This document shows positions 9,108 to 17,524 of a DNA stretch of 64,000 nucleotides, in pieces (the stretch's first letter is position 1; each line of letters begins with the position of its first letter). A model generated the notes under the pieces. It did no database searches and was not told where the DNA came from. It saw only the letters and a program-made list of their open reading frames with translations. Both the position numbers and the translations under genes were made by a program. The DNA comes from Desulfobacteraceae bacterium (GTDB taxonomy: Bacteria; Desulfobacterota; Desulfobacteria; Desulfobacterales; Desulfococcaceae): the NCBI GenBank assembly GCA_011390755.1, contig JAABRU010000007.1:14534-78533 (forward strand), in the 5' to 3' direction.

Positions 9108-11117
9108 ATGACAAAATCCGGTATTACAGACATATTGTATTTTTTTCTCAGTATCTATAAACTGCAGTTAAATGCCCCCCGTTCTTCCGGGCAGTTTTCC
9201 CTGCTGAGCGGGGATAATTCGTCCGGGGCCGATCTGATCTATGAACTGCAGGTCATCAAAGACGACAAGCAGAGAAACCGGCGGATCAGCATCGGCCCTC
9301 TGGGAGAAGACAGCGGCAGCAAAAGCACATGCTATAAAGTGATTTACGATGATCTGCTGGTGGTAAAAATTCCGCCGGTTCCGATTACGGATTTTGAAAA
9401 ATACCTTGAACATATTCAGACAGAAAAAGAAATTGCAGACCGTATTATGCCGGATATTGAATGCATTGCCCCCAGTGTTTCCGCAATTCTCAGGAAAATT
9501 CCCGCTTTTTCCGAAACGAATATCCTCCCGGATTATGAGGAAAGATGCATCCGGAAACTCAGAGAAAGAGTCCGTTTTCAGGATTACCTCCGGATTGGAA
9601 ACAGTTTTGTTTTTTTTATGAATCTTTCCCGTTATGCTTTTCTGGGGCAGGTGGTGGACGGAATGCACTGGGCGGCAAGGGATATCCGGGATGAGCTGGA
9701 AGGAAAGACGGAAATTTTACAAAATCCTGATATTTTTGAAAATATATACGGGAAAAAATATGCGCCCCTCTATTATCCCCTGCATGAACTTTCTTTTGTC
9801 TTTGAAGAAAAACTCGCACAGCTGCAGAAAAAACACAAACTCTGCTGTCTTTTCCCTTCGGTGAAGAAAAAACAGTGGTTTCTGTCTTATCTGGCGGATA
9901 AGCACACAGAACCGGCAGAACCGCAGATGAGTCCGGAATTTGTTGCGGATCTCAACCGTCTGCTCAGAGATATTATCTCCGGAAGTTCGGCAGCCGCACT
10001 TTTCCGCCGTCTGGTGGAAAAAGGGCTGAATGAAAAAAGTTTTCAGCAGAACAAGACGCATATATCCGGCATTATCAGCAACCTGATAGATATGCTGGCC
10101 CGCCTGCGGGAAAAAGGCATTGCCATCCGGGATTTAAAACCGGATAATGTTTTTATTGCGGGTGATTCATCCCGTTTTCCCCATCTGCTGTCTTCTCCGG
10201 AAGAATACTCCATCGGTCTGATTGATTTTGAAACGGCCGTGATATACGGCAGTGCGGAAAAACTCCGCCAGCCCATGCTGGGCGGCACACCTTCCTATGC
10301 CACCCCTTCCCACATATTCAAAAATGAGCTGTTACAGGAAACCTATGAAGATCTTCCCCGGATTTTTCATCTGCAGGACTGGCAGGCGGTTATCAGCATG
10401 ATCCATATTGTGATTACCGGTGAGCATCTGGCCCGGAAAACCAGCAAACTGATGCCCGAATTTATCCGGGTAATGAAAAAATCCCTGAAAATCAAAAACA
10501 TGAAACCCCGGGAAACCTATATCGGTTTTAACCGGGTTTTCTGGAGCCGTGCCGCAGGCGAATTTATGGAGAAACTTTCACAGAATGCCGAAATTTTACA
10601 GAATGTCAGACCCAAACTTTCTGAAAAATCCCTCAGAATGCTCACGGAGGAAATATCCGAAGTGGAAAAAAATACCGGGCAGCGGATACAGAACCATATC
10701 AGAACCCAGCATTTTTTCAAAAGTCCCCAAAGCCGCTCGGAACTGATAAATGCCCCCCTGGCGGTTATCCGCAGATACCGCCGGAACTGGGAACAGGGGA
10801 CAGGTGTGCCCAATATATCCCATGCCGTCCGGGTTGCTGTTATCAAATGGCTGAAAAATTTTGAAAAAATCAAAGCGGATGCCGAAAGGAAATCCCTTTT
10901 CATCACTATGCTTTCGGAGGAAAAAAGCAGTATCTCGGCCTATGATCTGCTGGATATGATGTTCAGTGTTGTACTGTATTCCATGTATATCTCCAAATGG
11001 GGAGAACTGCGTCCGGAAACCCGGGATTTTGGGCAGGCAGAGATGAAAAAAGAAAAAACAAAGGTTTCCAGGGAAGATACCATGGCCCTGGAAAAAACAG
11101 TGGGCGGACTGCACTGA
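9108..11117 (+). CDS. atypical Ser/Thr protein kinase-like protein (669 aa)
   Basis: Motifs: N-lobe LLVVKIPP (VAIK-like Lys), catalytic loop IRDLKPDNVF (~10128-10148), DFE in place of DFG (GLIDFETAV), and GTPSYATPS (APE-like). A long C-terminal helical extension follows. Confidence 0.7.
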   Translation: MTKSGITDILYFFLSIYKLQLNAPRSSGQFSLLSGDNSSGADLIYELQVIKDDKQRNRRISIGPLGEDSGSKSTCYKVIYDDLLVVKIPPVPITDFEKYLEHIQTEKEIADRIMPDIECIAPSVSAILRKIPAFSETNILPDYEERCIRKLRERVRFQDYLRIGNSFVFFMNLSRYAFLGQVVDGMHWAARDIRDELEGKTEILQNPDIFENIYGKKYAPLYYPLHELSFVFEEKLAQLQKKHKLCCLFPSVKKKQWFLSYLADKHTEPAEPQMSPEFVADLNRLLRDIISGSSAAALFRRLVEKGLNEKSFQQNKTHISGIISNLIDMLARLREKGIAIRDLKPDNVFIAGDSSRFPHLLSSPEEYSIGLIDFETAVIYGSAEKLRQPMLGGTPSYATPSHIFKNELLQETYEDLPRIFHLQDWQAVISMIHIVITGEHLARKTSKLMPEFIRVMKKSLKIKNMKPRETYIGFNRVFWSRAAGEFMEKLSQNAEILQNVRPKLSEKSLRMLTEEISEVEKNTGQRIQNHIRTQHFFKSPQSRSELINAPLAVIRRYRRNWEQGTGVPNISHAVRVAVIKWLKNFEKIKADAERKSLFITMLSEEKSSISAYDLLDMMFSVVLYSMYISKWGELRPETRDFGQAEMKKEKTKVSREDTMALEKTVGGLH

Positions 11118-11139
11118 GGAATGCAGGAGGAATGACAGT

Positions 11140-12057
11140 GTGCTAAAACAGATTCTTCTGATTCTCGGAAAAATATTTCTGCTCTGGATCTTTTTTTCGC
11201 TTCTCTTTTTTTATGCGGGAAAATACATCCCCTTCGGGCCTGAACAGACATTTCTGACCGCTCCCTTTTCGGTTCTGTTTTTTCTTTCCCTGGCCTCCTT
11301 TCTGACGGCTTTTTTTATTATCCACGGCCAGCCGCTCCTTGCACAGCAGCACAGGCTGCGCGGTATGCTGCTGGTGCTCAGTTTTTTCTTCGGAACCGCC
11401 ATGTTTGCATTTGTGCGGGGGGGCGGAAGCAGTCACAGCATCATATATATTACGGTAACAGCCAATCTGCTGCTTTTTGCCAATCTTTTGGGAACCTGGA
11501 TTGCCGGTCCTCTGAAAAGGCCCGCGGAACTGATTCCCCTCTGTCTGGTCATGGCTTTGAGCGATATTTTCAGTGTGGCCGCGGGGCCGACGGAAAAATT
11601 CGCAGAAACCATTGCGCAGTATTACCGCTCCGGCATGAAAGGCCCTGCGCCGGTCATTGATTTTATTCTTTTTAAAATTCCGGTTCCCGGTGCGGAAAAG
11701 ATGGTTCCCCTTTTCGGTCTGGCGGACTGGGTGATTATTGCTTTTCTGGCGGCCTGTGCGGCAAAGTTCGGTTTTCATGATAATCTTGCCGGAAAAGGAT
11801 TGGGGGAGATGGCAGAAAAAAAGCGGCCGGTTTTTTATTTTCCCGCTTCCCTTGCAGGTCTTATTTTCGGGATTTTTCTGGCATGGTACAGCGGTGTGTT
11901 TCTTCCCGCGCTGCAGCTCGTTGTTATTTTTTTCCTAGCCTATATTATACCAAAATATGCTCAAATCCGAAAAATAACGGCTTCCGATCTGAAACTGATG
12001 CTGGGAACCCTGCTGATTATGGGTACATTGCTGGCAATCCGCTTTATCCTCCTGTAA
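11140..12057 (+). CDS. polytopic membrane protein resembling presenilin/SPP-type GxGD aspartyl proteases (305 aa)
   Basis: About 9 hydrophobic segments. Motifs: ALSD142 in TM5/6, FGLAD196 (GxGD-like), and FLPAL256-258 (PAL motif). Order and spacing match A22-family proteases. GTG start lies 22 nt after the kinase stop. Confidence 0.5.
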   Translation: MLKQILLILGKIFLLWIFFSLLFFYAGKYIPFGPEQTFLTAPFSVLFFLSLASFLTAFFIIHGQPLLAQQHRLRGMLLVLSFFFGTAMFAFVRGGGSSHSIIYITVTANLLLFANLLGTWIAGPLKRPAELIPLCLVMALSDIFSVAAGPTEKFAETIAQYYRSGMKGPAPVIDFILFKIPVPGAEKMVPLFGLADWVIIAFLAACAAKFGFHDNLAGKGLGEMAEKKRPVFYFPASLAGLIFGIFLAWYSGVFLPALQLVVIFFLAYIIPKYAQIRKITASDLKLMLGTLLIMGTLLAIRFILL

Positions 12058-12124
12058 ACAGAATGATAACGGGTCAAATCCGCGGATGACCGTCTCCCCC
12101 TGCAGGACAATGCTGCTGACTTAG

Positions 12125-12615
12125 GGAACATGAAAGCTGCACGGAGTGCGAAAAATAAGGCCGGAGGGCCGGTTTTTCGCAGACACTTTCATATAAACCG
12201 CCATGAGCTATGACTCACAGCGAAGCATGAAAGTTTCAACCCGTTCCCGGGCTCCGGCAGTGTGTGAGGCAGAGCCTCACCCTATGCGTTCCCGGGCGGA
12301 GCCCGGGAACGGGTCAGGCTGCGCGGAGTGCAAAAATTTAGGCCGGAGGGCCGGTTTTTCGCAGACACTTTCATATAAACGACCGTGATATGAAGTCACA
12401 ACGAAGCATGAAAGTCTTTTTATACCGGACGCAAAGCATCCCGCAGCCCGTTCCCGCGCGGAGCGTGGGAACGGGCTGCGGGCGGGGAGACTTTCATATA
12501 AACGACCATGACCGCAGGGTCACAACGAAGCATGAAAGTCACCGGTAATATGCAAAAACCGCTTCGCTTATTTTTTGCACTCCGGAGACTTTCATATAAA
12601 CGGCCATGATATTTC
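12125..12615. repeat. cluster of 4 tandem nested palindromic repeat units
   Basis: The conserved junction CTTTCATATAAACNNCCRTGA-N8-9-CACARCGAAGCATGAAAG recurs at ~12186, 12366, 12489 and 12585. It is separated by 45-135-nt inserts that are themselves REP-like palindromes (GGAGTGCGAAAAATAAGGCCGGAGGGCCGGTTTTTCGCAG; CCCGTTCCCGGG...CCCGGGAACGGG). Confidence 0.75.
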
Positions 12616-12664
12616 ATCCACAACATTCCGCAAATCCGCAGGCAGAATAATTCAGACAGATGAT

Positions 12665-12680
12665 TGGCATGGATAATGCT
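12665..12680 (+). promoter_or_regulatory. candidate sigma54 (-24/-12) promoter
   Basis: TGGCAT-GGATA-ATGCT has the GG and GC dinucleotides at the canonical spacing of TGGCAC-N5-TTGCW. It lies ~150 nt upstream of the DUF1638 gene start. Confidence 0.4.
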
Positions 12681-12831
12681 TGAAAGAATTATTAAAGTAT
12701 ATTGCCTTTCAGAAAATATATTTCACAGGTCTTCGCTCTGAACCGGTCTGAAGACAGCAGGGGGAATATGACTGTGAAACTGTTTTTCCGGAAACCTGTT
12801 GCTGTTAAAACATAATAAAGGAGGATTTCAA

Positions 12832-13473
12832 ATGAGTAATAAATCGTTTTCGGATACCGCCATTATTGCCTGCGGAACACTCAGCCCGGAGTTGAATTAT
12901 TTAAAAAAAGAAGGATTCCTGGATACCCATCATCTGTATTATACAAAACCGGGACTTCATCAGGACGTTCCCGAACTGGAACGTCAGCTGATAAAACGCA
13001 TCCGCAAAGCAAAGGAAAAAACAGACAGGGTTATTGTTGTCTACGGGGGAAAGTTCTGTTACGTCAATGTGGATGAACCTACGCGTACCATGCAGAATAT
13101 CATTGAAGAACAGGGGCCCGGTGTGAAAAGAATTCAGGCCAGTCACTGTATGGATATGCTGGCCGATGAGGCAGAAAGGGACAGAATCGCCCAGGAAGTT
13201 GCCGGAGGGGAAAAGGTCTGGTGGATGACACCCGGGTGGATTAAATTTCGGGAAGATGTTTTTAAAGGATGGGATAAAGGTCTGGCAAATGAGAATTTTC
13301 CCCGGCACACGGGTGGGGCTGTGGTCCTGGACGGAATTGGGTATCTTGATCAGTATATGGCTGAAAAACCGGAAGCATTTCTTGAATATTCCGATTGGAT
13401 GGGCATTCCGATACAGCCTTACCCCATAAGTCTGGACAGGTTCAAATCATTGCTTCTGGATCAGTTAAGTTAA
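12832..13473 (+). CDS. DUF1638 domain-containing protein
   Basis: MSNKSFSDTAIIACGTLSPELNYL...RVIVVYGGKFCYVN...IQASHCMDMLA resembles DUF1638. AAAGGAGG RBS lies upstream of ATG 12832. Confidence 0.6.
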   Translation: MSNKSFSDTAIIACGTLSPELNYLKKEGFLDTHHLYYTKPGLHQDVPELERQLIKRIRKAKEKTDRVIVVYGGKFCYVNVDEPTRTMQNIIEEQGPGVKRIQASHCMDMLADEAERDRIAQEVAGGEKVWWMTPGWIKFREDVFKGWDKGLANENFPRHTGGAVVLDGIGYLDQYMAEKPEAFLEYSDWMGIPIQPYPISLDRFKSLLLDQLS

Positions 13474-13555
13474 TTAGCGTTACCGTAACGCTATTATACG
13501 TTACTTTTTTCTTCCTGCCGTTCTGGCAACATAAAAATCAATGTCACTGACTTAA

Positions 13556-13590
13556 GCAAAAAACCTCCTTCCCCGGCCGGGGAAGGAAGT
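13556..13590 (-). terminator. rho-independent terminator candidate (minus strand)
   Basis: Minus-sense CUUCCUUCCCCGG/CCGGGGAAGGAGG hairpin followed by UUUUUU. It lies downstream of the PilZ gene and the heptamer array. Confidence 0.55.
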
Positions 13591-13600
13591 TTGAAGGAGT

Positions 13601-13810
13601 CCGGAAACCGGAAACCGGACACCTGACACCTGACACCTGACACCGGACACCGGAAACCTGACACCGGAAACCTGACACCGGACACCTGACACCTGACACC
13701 TGACACCTGACACCTGACACCTGACACCTGACACCTGACACCTGACACCTGACACCTGACACCTGACACCGAACACCTGACACCGAACACCTGACACCTG
13801 ACACCGAACA
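13601..13810. repeat. 30 tandem heptanucleotide repeats (CCTGACA; variants CCGGAAA, CCGGACA, CCGAACA)
   Basis: Exact 7-nt phasing was counted from 13601 to 13810, including a central run of 12 perfect CCTGACA units. This explains the three overlapping VSGVRCQ-repeat ORFs in the track. Confidence 0.95.
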
Positions 13811-13882
13811 CCTGCCCCCCGAATTTTCTTTGTTTAAAAAAATCAGCAGATTTGTCCCCTGAAAACAGCAGAAGGTGCGGAA

Positions 13883-14230
13883 TTATTCTTTCTGCTCCTG
13901 AAAAAGCCGGATAAATTTTTTTAAAACAGAAAAATTTTTCAAATCCAGACGGGCAAATTCAATCCCGGTCTGATACCAGCTGTTTTCAGACTGTGCACTT
14001 CGTACAACCTGTCCTTCAATATCCAGCAGTTCTTCCCCAATGGCAAGAGTCAGGGAAATATTCTGCCCCGGCAGAATGCTGAAATGGGTTTCCAGCAGAA
14101 TTCCGCTTTCCGATACATTCAATGTTCTGCCCATGCCTTCCATAAGGATATTGTCATTTTCATCAATGCAGACATAGGAAAGATTCAGGGAATCTACCCG
14201 CGGATTTTTCCGTTGTTCATGTGTTGCCAT
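13883..14230 (-). CDS. PilZ domain protein (c-di-GMP receptor type)
   Basis: MATHEQRKNPRV (RxxxR) and LNVSESGILL (D/NxSxxG) motifs. Start is placed at ATG 14230. Confidence 0.8.
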   Translation of the reverse strand: MATHEQRKNPRVDSLNLSYVCIDENDNILMEGMGRTLNVSESGILLETHFSILPGQNISLTLAIGEELLDIEGQVVRSAQSENSWYQTGIEFARLDLKNFSVLKKFIRLFQEQKE

Positions 14231-14377
14231 ACTTTGACTCCTGAAAATGCAGGTCGGCAAAAAAACATTCCGGGAAGATTGCAAAGGGAAAAACAGGGAT
14301 CCGGCCCGGCGCTTTTCCGCGTTTTGGCAGATTCATCTTCTTTCTGCCCGAAATTTTTTTCCGACAGTCTGTGATAT

Positions 14378-15547
14378 TTATTTTTTTTCAAGATTTTTCT
14401 TATGATAATCAGCGGCCACCCGTGTGGTTACGGTAATGTTGGTTGCAGTTGTTTCAATGAGATTCCGCAGTGCGGCAGAAAGGTTGCTGTATTCTTCCTT
14501 CAGGTTTTCGGCATTCATTTCTTCTGTTTCAATATCTTCGGAAGCAAATACAATTCCCCCGTGGGGTTCGTGGCCAATATCCAAAAAAGGACAGGGGCCG
14601 ATAAAATCTCTTTCTTTCAGATTGGCAAGGGGGATATAGCTGCCGTCACCGGTTTTCCGGATAATACATACATTCCCTTTCCGGATGCGGTAAAGTTTTT
14701 CCGGATGAACTCCCCGTTTTTTGGCCAACTGCTTTCCTTTGGTAAATTCTTTCAGATCAAAACGGCGGGAAAAAACATCCACTGTTTTTTCTGTAATTTC
14801 ATCCCGCCGTTTATCCAGACTGACAACCATATCCCGGAATTCTCTGGACTGATTCCCGAATTCATCTGCCAGTCGCTGGGAATCCAGCACACCCAGCTGC
14901 ACATCCGTTGATGCCTGTATGGTTGATTTTCTCACATTGTCTTTAAATAAAAAGCAGCTGACACCGCCGATAAAGGAACCCGCGGCCATGCGGACGATGG
15001 GAACCGGGCCTTCGGGGCCTTCCTTGATTACATCCACAATTCCTTCCAGCACGACCCATATCCAGCTGCCGTGTTTGTTTTCCTGCACGATTTTACGGTT
15101 TTTATAAAATTCCTCTTCCGCGGCCACATACATATAATCCACCAGCGGCCCTTTGATAATGGGAATTGCGGAACGGGAACCGCTGTCTTTTTTTTCATAA
15201 TCCACAGGCCCGAGTTTTTTGGTGTGACCGTCATCCACCATGCGCAGCCCGTCCAGAATAATCTCCATCCGGCTGTTGCGAATCACTTTGGGAACATTGA
15301 TCTCTTCTTCACTGAAAGCAAATTCCCCCTCTATCCATCCGAAGAGGGCATAAACCGCATCCAGACCTTTTACGGAACCGGCCCGGGCATCCATAATATT
15401 GCCTTTGGAAAAATAGATATGCCCCGGTTCACCTGTATATTTGCTCATCAGGTTCAGCACTCCGGTTCCGCCGTTGGAACCGATTAACTGCAGCACTTCC
15501 CCCAGACCTAAAAATTGCAGATTTCCGGAAAGAACAAATTTCGACAT
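14378..15547 (-). CDS. DUF4388 domain protein with cyclic-nucleotide-binding-like domains
   Basis: N-terminus LSGNLQFLGLGEVLQLIGSNGGTGVLNL...GHIYFSKGNIMDA is DUF4388-like. Two beta-barrel cNMP-like segments follow. Confidence 0.7.
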   Translation of the reverse strand: MSKFVLSGNLQFLGLGEVLQLIGSNGGTGVLNLMSKYTGEPGHIYFSKGNIMDARAGSVKGLDAVYALFGWIEGEFAFSEEEINVPKVIRNSRMEIILDGLRMVDDGHTKKLGPVDYEKKDSGSRSAIPIIKGPLVDYMYVAAEEEFYKNRKIVQENKHGSWIWVVLEGIVDVIKEGPEGPVPIVRMAAGSFIGGVSCFLFKDNVRKSTIQASTDVQLGVLDSQRLADEFGNQSREFRDMVVSLDKRRDEITEKTVDVFSRRFDLKEFTKGKQLAKKRGVHPEKLYRIRKGNVCIIRKTGDGSYIPLANLKERDFIGPCPFLDIGHEPHGGIVFASEDIETEEMNAENLKEEYSNLSAALRNLIETTATNITVTTRVAADYHKKNLEKK

Positions 15548-15578
15548 TTCCCCCCTCTTCCTACTGCTTTGTCAAATT

Positions 15579-16100
15579 TTCCGGGTAAAGGCATCCGTTA
15601 CCTGACACCCTCCCCACAGATCCGTATGTGAGCAGGTAACCCATACGGTTCCTCCGTTCAGTGGGTTCGCCCACGGAAACCGGACAGACGGCACCCCGTC
15701 CGGCGCATGACTCTGCTGTCCGTCCGCTGAATAACACCGGCTTTCAGTCTTATTACAGAACCTTATCCAATGTCCGCGACGATTCCCTTTCCGGGCTTAA
15801 GTGACACGGCCTGCATACCCGTTCCGTCCGGCTTCGGACTCCCGTTACCTGGTTTAGGGACTCGGAAAAAGATAATTCCCCCGGTTCACTTCAGCAGCAG
15901 AGAATAAACAAATCTGTAAAATAATTCCAGAGGATTTATTTTTTGCCGGGTCCCTTACCCCCGGACGCGGCTGCTGATCTGCCGGTTACGCTTTCATCGG
16001 ACGGGACTTTCACCCCTTGGGTAATAATAATAAATTTCAGGGCCTTCGGCCCTTCCCGTCATTCCGGATTTATCCTGACGCAATGAACGCCGGGTTAGCC
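15579..16100 (-). ncRNA. ORF-less group II intron-like structured RNA element, copy 1
   Basis: The minus sense is G-rich with many GNRA-closed hairpins (GGUGAAAGUCCC, GAUGAAAGCG, CCCGGAAAGGG, GACUGAAAGCC). It has a DV-like hairpin at 15619-15651 and a DVI-like hairpin with a bulged A at 15581-15615. It is homologous to 17384-18456 and to the 3' end of the RT-bearing intron. No GUGYG 5' end was found. Confidence 0.45.
15857..15954. mobile_element. 98-bp MITE (TIR GGGACYCGG) inserted in intron-like copy 1
   Basis: Absent from the same position in copy 2 (GGTTTAC|CTCCGGACGC). A related copy at 22571-22805 truncates the IS91-type ORF. Confidence 0.7.
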
Positions 16101-16159
16101 TTCGTTTTGTTTTGAGACTCGTACTAATTGACTGTAATCATATGTTAAAATAACAAGAC

Positions 16160-16618
16160 TTATTCTTTTGTACTATTCATAATTTTCGATATGGATAATA
16201 AAGGGTATCTCTTAATATCAATCAGGGATTCTCTTTCAATAATTCTTTCAGCGGAATTGAAAATAAGAATTTTACATGTTACCTCTCCGATATTTGTTAA
16301 AGGACGAATGATACCGCCGTCAAGTTGAAAATGATCTGTCCATTTATCGTTTCTTGGATTATAAAATCGTATAAATTCGGTATTGCCGATAATAACGGAA
16401 CCAATATCACTGCCTTTGTGACGATTACAGAAAGAACATGAATATGCAAGATTATTAGCATCAGTTTTTCCGCCGTGTTTTATGCTGATTATATGATCAA
16501 TTTGACATCCAAGATATGTATCGCTTTCATGAATCAAACAATATTCACAAAAATATTAGGCTCTTTCAGCAACAAATCTTCTCCGTTCTGCATCAATATA
16601 TCTGTTTGCTGGAGGCAT
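16160..16618 (-). pseudogene. small HNH endonuclease with in-frame TAA
   Basis: MPPANRYIDAERRRFVAERA-[TAA 16556-16558]-YFCEYCLIHESDTYLGCQIDHIISIKHGGKTDANNLAYSCSFCNRHKG. The CxxC...DH...N...CxxCN HNH core is intact, but a stop precedes the first zinc-knuckle. Confidence 0.65.
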
Positions 16619-16844
16619 ATTTACGTGCTCTTGCTTTTGCTAATCTCATAAGATGTTCAAGTTGCATATAATGTTCGAGTTCGGATGTTTCTTCTTCAGT
16701 TAAACCTCTTGTTTTTTCAAAACAGATGAGATCTTCAACACGATTTTTAACAGAATCGGAAGGCGTGAAAGCTATAACAGAATTGGGATTCGTCCCCGAT
16801 GCTATAAAATCAACTACTTCTTCATATGCTCTTAATGTATTCAT
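16593..16844 (-). CDS. small conserved hypothetical protein, partner of the HNH gene
   Basis: MNTLRAYEEVVDFIASGTNPNSVIAFTPSDSVKNRVEDLI...ELEHYMQLEHLMRLAKARARK. It overlaps the HNH start by ~26 nt. The track ORF's N-terminal extension lies in a MITE. Confidence 0.55.
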   Translation of the reverse strand: MNTLRAYEEVVDFIASGTNPNSVIAFTPSDSVKNRVEDLICFEKTRGLTEEETSELEHYMQLEHLMRLAKARARKYASSKQIY

Positions 16845-16867
16845 TTGACAAAACCTTTTATAAAATT

Positions 16868-17059
16868 TCAGTAGATCGAAACGTTTCCGGAGGAGTGCAA
16901 AAATTGTATTTTTGCATATGTCAACCGGGAACTGCGGAGGAGTGCAAAAATTGTATTTTTGCATATGTCAACCGGGAACTGCAACCTTGCAAAAATATAA
17001 TTTTTGCACTCCGGGACAGTCGTAAAACCGTATCCGGGGAAAACTTTTCGATCTACTGA
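16868..17059. mobile_element. palindromic MITE (ends TCAGTAGATCGAAA...TTTCGATCTACTGA) with internal 46-bp duplication
   Basis: The ends are at 16868 and 17059. GGAGGAGTGCAAAAATTGTATTTTTGCATATGTCAACCGGGAACTGC occurs twice in tandem. Related copies are at 21220-21364 and 22628-22761. Confidence 0.75.
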
Positions 17060-17524
17060 ATTTGGTTAAACTTGAAGTTCTATCAATTAATTTGAGTTAT
17101 TTGTTTTTTAATGTTAAATAATATAATTAAAATATCAAATAGTTAAATACAATTATTTCAACTGCGCATTTATAATATTACAAACAAAATATTATTATAA
17201 AGTAAAATTATATCAGATTCCATAAGGGATTACCAGTGATATTAAATTTGTTTCTGTAAAGTTACGCTGGCTTAATTTGTTAAATAAATTGGCATGTATA
17301 AAATAATAATTTAAGAAGGCTAAGGTCAGACTAAGCGGCTTGCGGGATGGAGCGACGACAGGAGCGGAACCCAACAAATCCGCTTCCGGGTAAAGGCATC
17401 CGTTACCTGGCACCTCCCCACAGATCCGTATGTGAGCAGGTAACTCATACGGTTCCTCAGTTCAGTGGGTTCGCCCACGGAAACCGGACAGGCGGCACCC
17501 CGTCCGGCGCATGACTCTGCTGTC

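Noticed and set aside
12125-12615. Possible CRISPR array (regularly recurring conserved segment with variable intervening sequence).
   Set aside because: Spacing is irregular (about 180, 123 and 96 bp). The 'repeat' contains an internal variable stretch. The 'spacers' are themselves dispersed palindromic repeats present elsewhere in the window. No cas genes or leader are present.
13494-13811. Three overlapping minus-strand ORFs encoding VSGVRCQ repeats.
   Set aside because: They are artefacts of a 7-nt tandem repeat that is open in all frames. They have no RBS and no non-repeat domain.
15579-16100. RNase P RNA or HEARO/IscB omega-RNA, prompted by GAAAGUCC and GGUGCCAGGUAACG-like strings and an adjacent HNH gene.
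   Set aside because: The motifs are in the wrong order and spacing for RNase P, and there are two or more copies. The HNH ORF is a 150-aa stand-alone nuclease without RuvC, and the RNA lies 3' of it rather than 5'.
1613-16558. Two genes (IS transposase and HNH) each with an in-frame TAA near the N-terminus: possible TAA reassignment.
   Set aside because: TAA is used as a normal stop by many well-supported genes here (for example the PilZ and DUF4388 genes). Independent nonsense mutations in mobile or accessory genes are the simpler explanation.
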